Positions 37,467-45,687 of a stretch of 64,000 bases of DNA are shown here, one piece after another; positions within the stretch are counted from its first letter, which is position 1, and each line of letters begins with the position of its first letter. The translations under genes and the position numbers were made by a program. Origin of the DNA: a virus; IMG/VR virus record IMGVR_UViG_3300030060_002738, positions 1-64,000 of that record, one strand, 5' to 3'. Under the pieces are notes generated by a model. That model ran no database searches. It had not been told where the DNA came from and saw only the letters and a program-made list of their open reading frames with translations.

Positions 37467-37576
37467 GATGTAAAGTATGTCAAGAAGAACACCACGACAC
37501 TTGCCCTTTGGTAGAGGGTTGTTCATGTTGTGAATGGACAATGAAACAAGCACAAGGAGGAGAACTAGATGTATGA
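37463..37576 (+). CDS. Cys/His-rich microprotein (cassette 1)
   Basis: MRCKVCQEEHHDTCPLVEGCSCCEW... Confidence 0.45.
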   Translation: MRCKVCQEEHHDTCPLVEGCSCCEWTMKQAQGGELDV

Positions 37577-37745
37577 GATAATTAGATTTAGATTTGATGG
37601 AAATCATAGAGTAATCAAGAGAGGGTTAACTCTTGAAGAAGCACAAGAACACTGCCTAGACCCCGAATCAAGTGGGAAAACCTGTTCGGATTTGAGTAAG
37701 CGTGGTAAGTGGTTTGATAAATATACGAAGGAGGAAGGAGAATGA
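37569..37745 (+). CDS. Small phage-type protein (cassette 1)
   Basis: GGAGG SD; GLTLEEAQEHC.DPESS..WFD motif. Confidence 0.6.
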   Translation: MYEIIRFRFDGNHRVIKRGLTLEEAQEHCLDPESSGKTCSDLSKRGKWFDKYTKEEGE

Positions 37746-37951
37746 GAGACATAGAGAATCACATGGTAGCCCTACCACAACCGGAGTTGGAGTACGAACC
37801 TGAGTGCGACCATTCAGACATTCAACATCTAAATGTTGAGTGCTTTGGTGATGGAACATATATTGACTTCAGAATCAGATGTTGTGACTGTGGAGCCGAG
37901 GGTTATCGACTCTACACTATCAAAGAATGGTCAGATGACTTTGACAACTGA
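37742..37951 (+). CDS. Zn-ribbon protein (cassette 1)
   Basis: CDH...CCDCG. Confidence 0.55.
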   Translation: MRDIENHMVALPQPELEYEPECDHSDIQHLNVECFGDGTYIDFRIRCCDCGAEGYRLYTIKEWSDDFDN

Positions 37952-37953
37952 AA

Positions 37954-37978
37954 GCCACCCTTCGGGGTGCGCCGTTTT
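37954..37978 (+). terminator. UUCG hairpin terminator closing cassette 1
   Basis: CACCC-TTCG-GGGTG followed by TTTT. Confidence 0.7.
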
Positions 37979-37983
37979 ACTCT

Positions 37984-38017
37984 ACAAAGTTCTTACCATA
38001 TGGTAGGGAAACTTTGT
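37984..38017. repeat. Cassette junction site 2 (full palindrome)
   Basis: ACAAAGT-TCTT-ACCATATGGT-AGGGAA-ACTTTGT. Confidence 0.9.
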
Positions 38018-38028
38018 GGCGAAGCATC

Positions 38029-38046
38029 TACCCTATATAGTGATGG
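38029..38046 (+). promoter_or_regulatory. Conserved TATA-type promoter of cassette 2
   Basis: TACCCTATATAGTGATGG, identical to 38702-38719. Confidence 0.65.
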
Positions 38047-38102
38047 AAACGTGTATGGTTGTAGTCGTAGGGATGCGACACACTATAATGGAGATGAAAT
38101 GA

Positions 38103-38576
38103 ATGGCGATGGAAAATTGGAATGAATTTAGCGAAACCGTAGTCGCATACTGCGACTCACCGAACGCCCAAGTGGATGAGTTCACTGCTGGAATGGCGAA
38201 GAACTTCATCGTAAAGGGAACTGAAGAGCCGAGGTCACAAGTAAGGCTATCGAGGACAATCAAGGATATCCTCTCTGCGTTTACTGACTCCCCTCTGAAT
38301 GGTCGTGCATCCGGTAGCAGAAAGACCGGAGTACAGAGACTATCCGAGAAAGCACAGGCACTTTGGGCAGACACTGTAAGCATGGAGACCGTTGACGGTA
38401 TTACTACCATCACTCTCGATGCTGAAGCATATGAGTATCACACAACCTTCGCAGGAAGGAAAGACGAAAACGGCGACCCCCTAACATCATGGGGTAGCAA
38501 CGAAAATATGGTCGCTCACACCTTAATGAGCAAACTTGAGAGCGGATTCGTATCCGCCCACAAGGAGGACAACTGA
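38103..38576 (+). CDS. Hypothetical protein (cassette 2)
   Basis: 157-aa ORF after GGAGATGA. Confidence 0.7.
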   Translation: MAMENWNEFSETVVAYCDSPNAQVDEFTAGMAKNFIVKGTEEPRSQVRLSRTIKDILSAFTDSPLNGRASGSRKTGVQRLSEKAQALWADTVSMETVDGITTITLDAEAYEYHTTFAGRKDENGDPLTSWGSNENMVAHTLMSKLESGFVSAHKEDN

Positions 38577-38603
38577 TTAGGTAGTCCTTGCATCCCTGCG
38601 ACT

Positions 38604-38638
38604 GCACTCTTAGGCCGATTTATCGGTCTTTGAGGTGC
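38604..38638 (+). terminator. Hairpin closing cassette 2
   Basis: GCAC-TC..AGGCCGA-TTTA-TCGGTCT..GA-G-GTGC. Confidence 0.55.
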
Positions 38639-38650
38639 ATCGTTCCGAAT

Positions 38651-38687
38651 ACAAAGTAATTACCACCATATGGTAGGGAAACTTTGT
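38651..38687. repeat. Cassette junction site 3 (full palindrome)
   Basis: ACAAAGT-AATTACC-ACCATATGGT-AGGGAA-ACTTTGT. Confidence 0.9.
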
Positions 38688-38701
38688 GCAATAAAATGGC
38701 G

Positions 38702-38719
38702 TACCCTATATAGTGATGG
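38702..38719 (+). promoter_or_regulatory. Conserved TATA-type promoter of cassette 3
   Basis: TACCCTATATAGTGATGG; ATG 38734 lies about 25 bp downstream of the TATA, which is leaderless archaeal spacing. Confidence 0.65.
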
Positions 38720-38733
38720 GCAAAGTGAGGGGT

Positions 38734-38910
38734 ATGGAACCACAATTAATGCCCACTAAGGTATATCAATACGAGATTGAACTAGGTCATGCTAAATCAG
38801 GTTCTGACCATGTTCTAATCATCAAGAGTCTCAAGGTTCGTGGTGATGACTTATCACTAGTCATGGCTGAACTCAAGGCAGGATTACAAAACATGCAGGA
38901 GGTGCTTTGA
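38734..38910 (+). CDS. Small hypothetical protein (cassette 3)
   Basis: MEPQLMPTK... Confidence 0.55.
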   Translation: MEPQLMPTKVYQYEIELGHAKSGSDHVLIIKSLKVRGDDLSLVMAELKAGLQNMQEVL

Positions 38911-39167
38911 TGGGAGCAAAACATGAAGTTGAATATGGTGATTTCGTTTATTCTGATGGTACAATAGAAAGAAGCACAAAAGTCTACTTCGATACTGATA
39001 AAGAATGGAGAGACTTCATCGAGGGATTGAACGGCGAGTATCCTGAAGGATTCTGTGGAGGTACATCAACAACATTCACTAAATGTTGGGTTGTAATCGA
39101 AAGTAAGCGTGTGCCTGTCTCAGAGATGTTCGCTTATCAGCGAAGCCAAGAACAAGAAGAAGAGTAA
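38907..39167 (+). CDS. Small hypothetical protein (cassette 3)
   Basis: GGAGGTG SD; coupled to the previous gene. Confidence 0.6.
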   Translation: MMGAKHEVEYGDFVYSDGTIERSTKVYFDTDKEWRDFIEGLNGEYPEGFCGGTSTTFTKCWVVIESKRVPVSEMFAYQRSQEQEEE

Positions 39168-39169
39168 TA

Positions 39170-39470
39170 CATAACAGGCATTCACAAGGCTACTTGGGAT
39201 GTAAGCCCTGACCACTCCACCCTTAAGGGGAAAGCGAGGTTTCACCAGCGAAGGTGATTCATGAGAATAGTTCGCAGTCTCAGCCTTGTTTGAACAATGG
39301 GGATGATGGACAAACAGTTCGTTCGACATGCAAATATGTGCAGCAGCGTAATTAGTCTTAGATGAAGCCGGAATACACTCTAAGCAATGAATCGGGTATG
39401 AATCCTTATCCATGCAACAACTGTCACTGTCCTGACTCCTCTCTGTTGATGAGGTAGCAGTCGTTTCACT
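39170..39470 (+). ncRNA. Candidate structured RNA inside cassette 3
   Basis: 300 bp lacking a + strand ORF, with multiple helices. Confidence 0.35.
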
Positions 39471-39471
39471 C

Positions 39472-39506
39472 ACAAAGTCCTACTACCATATGGTAACTAA
39501 CTTTGT
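39472..39506. repeat. Cassette junction site 4 (full palindrome)
   Basis: ACAAAGT-CCTACT-ACCATATGGT-AACTA-ACTTTGT. Confidence 0.9.
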
Positions 39507-39558
39507 ATGTTCACCTCATAGTGTGATGGTTTTTCATAAGGTCATGCGAGTACAGCAC

Positions 39559-39801
39559 ATGATAACCAAGAGCGGAAACCAAGCAATGAATCAATTTGAG
39601 GTATTTGATGAAAAGGGAAAGCACTTTCTTTCATATGGGGTTGAGGTAGCAACTATTAACGGCGATGAAGTCACCCTTAACGCTCCTTATTGGGACATGT
39701 ATTCAACGACAACTAATTATTATCTTCTTCAGTTCCTGAATGAACCCTCAATCAAGGACATAAGGCAAAAGGTCAACGATGGCCTTTATCAAACTCGATA
39801 G
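39559..39801 (+). CDS. Small phage-type protein (cassette 4)
   Basis: NQF....F.SY..VA...WD.YS.TT..YL..FL motif; ATG about 25 bp after TTTTCATAAG. Confidence 0.65.
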   Translation: MITKSGNQAMNQFEVFDEKGKHFLSYGVEVATINGDEVTLNAPYWDMYSTTTNYYLLQFLNEPSIKDIRQKVNDGLYQTR

Positions 39802-39883
39802 GCTCAATAATCGAGTATAATGGGCAGGTTAAGAACGGCAGATTTGAAAGAAGCCTCTCATTATTGAGTTAATTGAATGAGGG

Positions 39884-39915
39884 GGCAGCCCCTACACCTT
39901 CAGGGGCTGTCTTCT
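39884..39915 (+). terminator. Hairpin closing cassette 4
   Basis: GCAGCCCCT-ACACCTTC-AGGGGCTGT. Confidence 0.6.
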
Positions 39916-39938
39916 CTACCCTCAAGGTGTTTGTTTAT

Positions 39939-39961
39939 ACAAAGTTCTACCACCATATGGT
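39939..39961. repeat. Cassette junction site 5 (left arm plus core only)
   Basis: ACAAAGT-TCTACC-ACCATATGGT; no right arm. Confidence 0.8.
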
Positions 39962-40350
39962 AATACAACAAACATGGATTGTAAAATATGAGACTATATA
40001 AACTTCCGAACGTTTAATATTTTTACACCCTTAACAGAAACTCCAACCATATGCCAAAATTTTTTTCCTGTTGTTTTTTAATCTCGTTAGTTAAAATAAA
40101 CTACTAGGGTGTTATCCGCTCATACGTTATGTCCCGTAATAACCAACTTAAACGAAAATTTGTAAATTCGGGCGTTATACAAAAAGCGGCTTTTTATGCA
40201 TTAACAGATACAAGTAAAAATGCATTATTTTGTAACAACAGACGATTTACAATTCCTTATCTTGGGAATAGAAAGAAAAAGACGAAAATAAATTCGCTAG
40301 TAGCGAAAAAATTCCGGGCCATTTTTTGAAAAAAGAAGGGGATAAACATA

Positions 40351-40824
40351 TTGCTACCTGTAAGAACCAACGAGAAGGGTGAATGGTTCTCAGGTTTTTT
40401 GAGAGAGAACGAAATTCAGGTCCGGTGGGGAGATGACTTCCTGACTGCTTTGGAAAAGGGATATCCTGAGCATGTCTGTGAGCGGTTGTTCGTTATTGGA
40501 AAGTTCGTAGATGACGAAGTTGTGGCCCACACATCGTTTGCTGATATGGGAAACTGGTACTTTATCGGTAACAACTACGTCAAACCGGGCCACAGGAAGA
40601 AGGGAATCCTGAAGGAAATGGTTTATCGAAGAAATCAGCGTTTGGCTCACTATCCTAAGATTGCAATCTTGAGACCGATAGAAGAAACAGTCCTAACTGA
40701 GTTAATTGGCTTCCTGCTGACCCTTGGATATTCAGAAGTATTATCGTATGCCGATGTGTCGGATGTCATGCTAGAGTCCGAGTATGAGTTAATCTCAGAC
40801 GAAGAACTATGGAGATGCGACTGA
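40351..40824 (+). CDS. GNAT-family acetyltransferase-like protein
   Basis: YVKPGHRKKGI (GNAT motif A). Confidence 0.65.
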   Translation: MLPVRTNEKGEWFSGFLRENEIQVRWGDDFLTALEKGYPEHVCERLFVIGKFVDDEVVAHTSFADMGNWYFIGNNYVKPGHRKKGILKEMVYRRNQRLAHYPKIAILRPIEETVLTELIGFLLTLGYSEVLSYADVSDVMLESEYELISDEELWRCD

Positions 40825-40885
40825 TGTATTACACGACTTCTTTTGATTTTGAGTTGCTATACAATCAGGGAGAGGTGTATCGAAA

Positions 40886-41164
40886 ATGAGTTGGGAAGAT
40901 GTATTGAAGAAACCACTTATTCCATCAGAAGAAGAGGTTGAAGAGATGCTCGATTTTATGAACGTCAGTCCTAGAATGAAGATGGCGAAGTTAGAACGTC
41001 AGATTCTAAGAGAGATTGAGAAGGAAGGAGGTGCTTTGGGAATGAAGAACCTGAAGCAGTTTGCTGATGAGGATAAGTTGAAAGAAGTTCTATCTAGCAT
41101 GGAGAAAGAAGGCAAGATATTCATGCACAAGGATGGAGACATCTACACACATGAACCGAAGTGA
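40886..41164 (+). CDS. Small winged-helix-like protein with WxxVLK leader
   Basis: MSWEDVLKK; ..LSSMEKEGKIF. Confidence 0.6.
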   Translation: MSWEDVLKKPLIPSEEEVEEMLDFMNVSPRMKMAKLERQILREIEKEGGALGMKNLKQFADEDKLKEVLSSMEKEGKIFMHKDGDIYTHEPK

Positions 41165-41169
41165 TTTAG

Positions 41170-41484
41170 ATGAGTTGGGAAAAGATATTGAAAGGAAATG
41201 GTAAAGACCCGCAAAACCATACGTTTGCATTTGTTGTTGAATGTGATGTTTACGATATGGATTCAGATGTTGTTGACTTTCATATGGAACAGGGCAGTGA
41301 TTTGATAGAAAATATAGAAGATGCGATTGTTAAAGCATTAGACAAGAAGATAGGTGATGCCATATTTGACCTTCCTGTGGATATCAGTGGAATCGAAAGT
41401 GACATGGAAGAGTTAGAGATGGAAGGGTTTGACACTCTAGAAAACAGGGTTACCGTTTCTATTAGGGCTGTCGCAAAGAAGTGA
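41170..41484 (+). CDS. Acidic protein with WxxILK leader
   Basis: MSWEKILKG. Confidence 0.65.
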   Translation: MSWEKILKGNGKDPQNHTFAFVVECDVYDMDSDVVDFHMEQGSDLIENIEDAIVKALDKKIGDAIFDLPVDISGIESDMEELEMEGFDTLENRVTVSIRAVAKK

Positions 41485-41489
41485 TTGAA

Positions 41490-41732
41490 ATGACATGGTT
41501 CGATGTTCTGAAACTCGACCCTTTGGAATACAACATGCGAATGCGAGACAGGTTGGCTACCAAGCCTCCTTCAAAGCCAACAGCAGAGCCTTCACAAACC
41601 ACTCCTACAAAACAACAGTGTGATGTCTGTGGGAGGATGAAACTAAACGTGAAGGAACGTGCTGATGGCTCTACTATCTGTTCAGTCTGTGAAGCAATGC
41701 AAAGGCGAAAAGATACTGAAGCAACAAGTTAA
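41490..41732 (+). CDS. Zn-finger protein with WxxVLK leader
   Basis: MTWFDVLKL; CDVC...CSVC. Confidence 0.65.
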   Translation: MTWFDVLKLDPLEYNMRMRDRLATKPPSKPTAEPSQTTPTKQQCDVCGRMKLNVKERADGSTICSVCEAMQRRKDTEATS

Positions 41733-41778
41733 TTAGAACAATGTTTATTGTCCACAGTATATTCAGGAGGTTCAGGTT

Positions 41779-41973
41779 GTGTCATCAGCATACGATTCAT
41801 CTTGGTTTAATATCCTGCGAGCGGAGGGCGCAGTTACATCAACCTCCCCCGGAACACAGGCACTATTCAATATAAGATTCGGGGGAAAAAGGAAGCATGG
41901 GAAAAAGAAAAGAAAGAAATCTAAAACCCATAAAGAAGGCAGAGATAGCACCCGGCTTGCCCGTAGACTTTGA
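41779..41973 (+). CDS. Small basic protein with WxxILR motif
   Basis: SSWFNILRA; GGAGG SD. Confidence 0.55.
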   Translation: MSSAYDSSWFNILRAEGAVTSTSPGTQALFNIRFGGKRKHGKKKRKKSKTHKEGRDSTRLARRL

Positions 41974-42985
41974 AGGCGAGATTCCTAACTTCGCTGCTCT
42001 TTACAATCGATGGGAGAAAAAGGCGGAGCAGTTCAAGATTGACTACACTGGTAGAACGAACACCAACGTTTTAGATTGGATTGGAAATATCGGACAGAAG
42101 GGAAGGGCCAAGCCTGATGGTTCGACTGGCACAGCAGTAGCCCCTCCTCAAGAGTACATCGACAGAGCCAAAGATGCTGGAACGAAGGATGAGTATTCTT
42201 CTGAGCAGATATCAGCGATAAAGCAACTTCAACAGTACCTCATAGAGAACAAGAACTCAACGACATCAGAGGTTAATCCTGCCAATATCAAATTCAACGA
42301 CATTCGCTCTTTTGATAAGAGCGGGAAGATACTTTCTAGAAGGGATGTGTATGGTGATTTCAGAACCAAACAGTTTGTGAAGTATCAAGCAAGGCACAAG
42401 AAGAAGACCTTCGCACCTGCGGATACTCACTATCTTTCTAGACAGCCCGGTAAGGCAAGACCCCCTACTTGGCAAGCATTGTTTGGGAATACCAAAGATG
42501 TCGCTTTGGACTTCAATAGTCCTAGTCTTCTGATGATAGCCACTTTCACTCTCGATGCCTTTGCTAGTGGAAAGGCGAAGGGAAAAAACACCAAGGCAAG
42601 ACCATTCAACCTAACTAGGGTTAGGCCAAGCATCAGGGGAGAGGCAGCGAAGTGGGCTTACGAGAACATAAGCGATTTGAAAACTTGGTTCGATAGCAAG
42701 ATGAAGGACTCTTCATACCTTTACACGACTGGTAATCTGAATGACAGAAAATTACACAGAGACATCAAGGAGAGACCCTTCAAGTTGACAGATAATGAAT
42801 CCAAGAAATTGCTAGAGTGGGTAGGGGCAGATGTGAATGTCGATTTGGATAAGGTCTTCATCAATCTATCAAGAAGGCAACTTAGGAATATGGCAGAAAT
42901 TGCTGGTTTTGAGAATCAAAAAGAAAAAGAGGAAGTGAAAAAGCACGATTCCTCGGATTGGAGAGAAATTGTAAAGGCGGTATAG
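41897..42985 (+). CDS. Basic hypothetical protein with C-terminal WREIVK motif
   Basis: 362-aa ORF. Confidence 0.7.
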   Translation: MGKRKERNLKPIKKAEIAPGLPVDFEGEIPNFAALYNRWEKKAEQFKIDYTGRTNTNVLDWIGNIGQKGRAKPDGSTGTAVAPPQEYIDRAKDAGTKDEYSSEQISAIKQLQQYLIENKNSTTSEVNPANIKFNDIRSFDKSGKILSRRDVYGDFRTKQFVKYQARHKKKTFAPADTHYLSRQPGKARPPTWQALFGNTKDVALDFNSPSLLMIATFTLDAFASGKAKGKNTKARPFNLTRVRPSIRGEAAKWAYENISDLKTWFDSKMKDSSYLYTTGNLNDRKLHRDIKERPFKLTDNESKKLLEWVGADVNVDLDKVFINLSRRQLRNMAEIAGFENQKEKEEVKKHDSSDWREIVKAV

Positions 42986-43082
42986 AAAATGAAGTGTAGA
43001 GGAATAAAGGAAGTACACCATGATAATATGGCAATAACGACATGTTGCCCGTATTGTTACACAAATTGTTGGGGTGGTTGAA

Positions 43083-43268
43083 ATGGATTGGAAAAAAATT
43101 CTGAAAGAAGAGATGACTGAGGAAGAGAGAAAGAAGTACATGAAGAGATTAGCAGAGTTGCAGCGATTGGAGGAAAACATGAAGCGAGACGTAGAAGGAA
43201 CTGCTGAAGCATTCAGAGAAGGAGAATCTCTTGAACAGTATAAGAAAAGAATGGGATACAACTTCTAG
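43083..43268 (+). CDS. Small coiled-coil protein with WxxILK leader
   Basis: MDWKKILKE. Confidence 0.6.
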   Translation: MDWKKILKEEMTEEERKKYMKRLAELQRLEENMKRDVEGTAEAFREGESLEQYKKRMGYNF

Positions 43269-43276
43269 GTGATTGG

Positions 43277-43933
43277 ATGATTACGAGAAAGCGGTGTCCT
43301 CTCTGTATGCATGAGGATAGAGCCATGTTTGAGAGTGACTTAGAGGAGATGAGTTACACCGCAGATGCTCTTGACCAACAAATGGGTTGGAAAAGTGGCA
43401 CAACAGCAAAGCATCAGAGGAATCACATGGGAGGATATGTCGATTCTGCCAATCCAAGTTGTAATATCTGCACAAGTCCAATGAGAAACGAGTTAGAAGC
43501 CCAACTTCATGCCGGAGAACTTACTCCTTCGCAGGTTGGAGAGATGGTTGAGAGTTCAGAGGTGCAAGTAATGCGTCATATGGAGAAACATCTTAAGCCA
43601 ATCGTGCAACAATCTGCGGCAAATCTGATTGCAGCGAGAGAAGTCGATGAAATTCAGACCTTGAGCGTCAACGTTCAGCGATTGGAGCAAAAAATTGATA
43701 CACTTTTCTCTGAAGATTCGACAGACCCGAAATATATCGACTCATTGACTAAATTAGCGAAGGAAGTTCGTGAATCTCTGAAGTATTTGCTAGAGTTCAA
43801 GGGCAAACTAGTGCATAAGAGACAAGATACCATCATCGTTCATCAGATGCAGGTCATCAAAGAGGTTCTAGCACAGAATCATCCTGAAGTTTGGTTGGAT
43901 GTAAGAGACAAAATGCAGGAGAAGATGCAATGA
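43277..43933 (+). CDS. Duplicated Zn/HTH protein, candidate terminase small subunit
   Basis: Two CxxC-HTH-HxxxH repeats plus a helical oligomerisation region; upstream of TerL. Confidence 0.5.
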   Translation: MITRKRCPLCMHEDRAMFESDLEEMSYTADALDQQMGWKSGTTAKHQRNHMGGYVDSANPSCNICTSPMRNELEAQLHAGELTPSQVGEMVESSEVQVMRHMEKHLKPIVQQSAANLIAAREVDEIQTLSVNVQRLEQKIDTLFSEDSTDPKYIDSLTKLAKEVRESLKYLLEFKGKLVHKRQDTIIVHQMQVIKEVLAQNHPEVWLDVRDKMQEKMQ

Positions 43934-45687
43934 GTTGGCAAGAGGTTCTCAAAGAAAAGAAGGTTGAAGCAAAACCTGTTGCTGAACCAATAAAGAAACA
44001 GGAAGTCAAGGACTTTCCAATAAAACCCGATTCAGCCACATTCAAGATTTGGCAAGCAGCGTCTAAGGATGATACATGGGCGGATTACACAAAAGACGGT
44101 TTGACTTCTTCCCAAGTCCAATCTGTTCAGAAGGCAAAGAGACTTCTTCAAGGGGAAGTTGTGAACATCGGAGGAACTGACTTTCAGTTAAAGGACAGAG
44201 ATGCGGTAGGTAATGTCAATGCGATTATTTCTAGATTGGATAACATAACACCAAAGAAAACTAGTCTTACTGCGAAGAGAAGAAAGGTTAATGCCGATGT
44301 AAAACACTTCATTCAGAATGAGAAGTATGATGAACTTCTCAATCTACTAGAAGGTAGAGGACAAGACAAGTATGCAGGGAAGTTATCGAATGTTGCTCAA
44401 AGGGCAAGAAAAATAATTCAAGAGTCTAAGATACTGAAGAACAAGATACTCAGTGGTGCTGAAGACAAGCATCCTGAGTTGGTTAGGATAAAGGAAATTC
44501 TAAAGATAGGAGGAGTTCCTCAGATTGAGATAAATCAGACAATTCCCGAACCCACTGTTGTTTCTTACATCAAGAAGATAATGGCACTTAACTTCAGTAA
44601 GAACTCAAGGAACAAGACGGACTTCATCTATGAGGATGCAAACGACCAACTTGCTAGGAATATATTCGGACACACCAAGATTCTTCCTTCATTGGAGTTC
44701 ATCTTGGATAACGAGGGACTGAATGAGAGCAACATACCAACAGCCTACAAGAAGAGAAACGTGATTGAGAACATCGCTTTGCAGAAGTTGATTGCTGGTG
44801 TTCTATCAGAGGAGAACAAGGATGCTCAGAAATCCATCAACAGTATCTACGACAAGTACAAGGAAGACATCGAGGCATTCTACGGGAGAGAGGGGGAGAC
44901 TCCTGAAGAGGCAGAGAAAAGGCAGAAACTTCGTAATGAGAGCAGGGGGAAGTGGGATGCCATATCAAGGAAGGGCAACAAAGCAAGAAGGGACTTCTTC
45001 GCAGAGATTAGGGAAGATGATGACACCAATGCTTACTTTGAGGACTTGATGGCCGAAGTGACAGAGGACAAGACAAACAAGATGACATCGGAGATTAGAG
45101 ATGAACTCGTAGAGGCGTTGCAGAACAGTGACCCCGATGACTTCACAGCCTCTCTCAAAAAACTAGGAATCCAAGACACGTTTGATGACATGGAAGAGAT
45201 TGATGAAAAGTTAGACGTTGACAAGACAATAGATGCTTTAGTGCAAATGAAGACATTGCCTAATGGTCTAGTAAGACCTGTTGCGGGAACAGAGGAGACT
45301 CTCAGATACTTTGACGAGCAGGAGATTGATGCTTGGTCTATCTTAGAGGATGTGATAGATGATGACATCACAACTTTCGATGCAGGACAGACTGGAACAC
45401 TAGACAAGATTGTTATCATACAGAAGAGACTTGGGGAACTGTATGATGTTGAGCCTGAGATAGATGAGGAGGATGTCGAGAACGGAGACATGACCAGCGA
45501 GGAGTTCAAGCAGTTGATTCTAGATACTTACAGCCCGATTCGTAAAGCGTTCCTTGAGGGCGTTGCAAAGAGGATGAAGGACATTAGTGCAGAAGGGAAG
45601 GTTCTAGGAAAGAAGATAAAGAGTTCACAAGGCGGTTTCGTTGAACCTGCCATTTGGATTCAGATACAATTAGGGGTGAGCGAGTGA
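43930..45687 (+). CDS. Large helical virion/internal protein with WxxVLK leader
   Basis: Start re-assigned to MSWQEVLKE (ATGA overlap). Confidence 0.7.
   Translation: MSWQEVLKEKKVEAKPVAEPIKKQEVKDFPIKPDSATFKIWQAASKDDTWADYTKDGLTSSQVQSVQKAKRLLQGEVVNIGGTDFQLKDRDAVGNVNAIISRLDNITPKKTSLTAKRRKVNADVKHFIQNEKYDELLNLLEGRGQDKYAGKLSNVAQRARKIIQESKILKNKILSGAEDKHPELVRIKEILKIGGVPQIEINQTIPEPTVVSYIKKIMALNFSKNSRNKTDFIYEDANDQLARNIFGHTKILPSLEFILDNEGLNESNIPTAYKKRNVIENIALQKLIAGVLSEENKDAQKSINSIYDKYKEDIEAFYGREGETPEEAEKRQKLRNESRGKWDAISRKGNKARRDFFAEIREDDDTNAYFEDLMAEVTEDKTNKMTSEIRDELVEALQNSDPDDFTASLKKLGIQDTFDDMEEIDEKLDVDKTIDALVQMKTLPNGLVRPVAGTEETLRYFDEQEIDAWSILEDVIDDDITTFDAGQTGTLDKIVIIQKRLGELYDVEPEIDEEDVENGDMTSEEFKQLILDTYSPIRKAFLEGVAKRMKDISAEGKVLGKKIKSSQGGFVEPAIWIQIQLGVSE

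Noticed and set aside
36806-39961. CRISPR array (palindromic ~35-bp repeats; Cas4-like gene elsewhere)
   Set aside because: Intervals are about 430-1150 bp and contain genes, the repeats vary internally, there is no cas1/cas2, and the Cas4-like gene sits in the replication operon as is common in archaeal viruses.
40129-40329. 66-aa ORF in the A/T-tract spacer
   Set aside because: No SD, atypical codon usage, low-complexity DNA; probably spurious.
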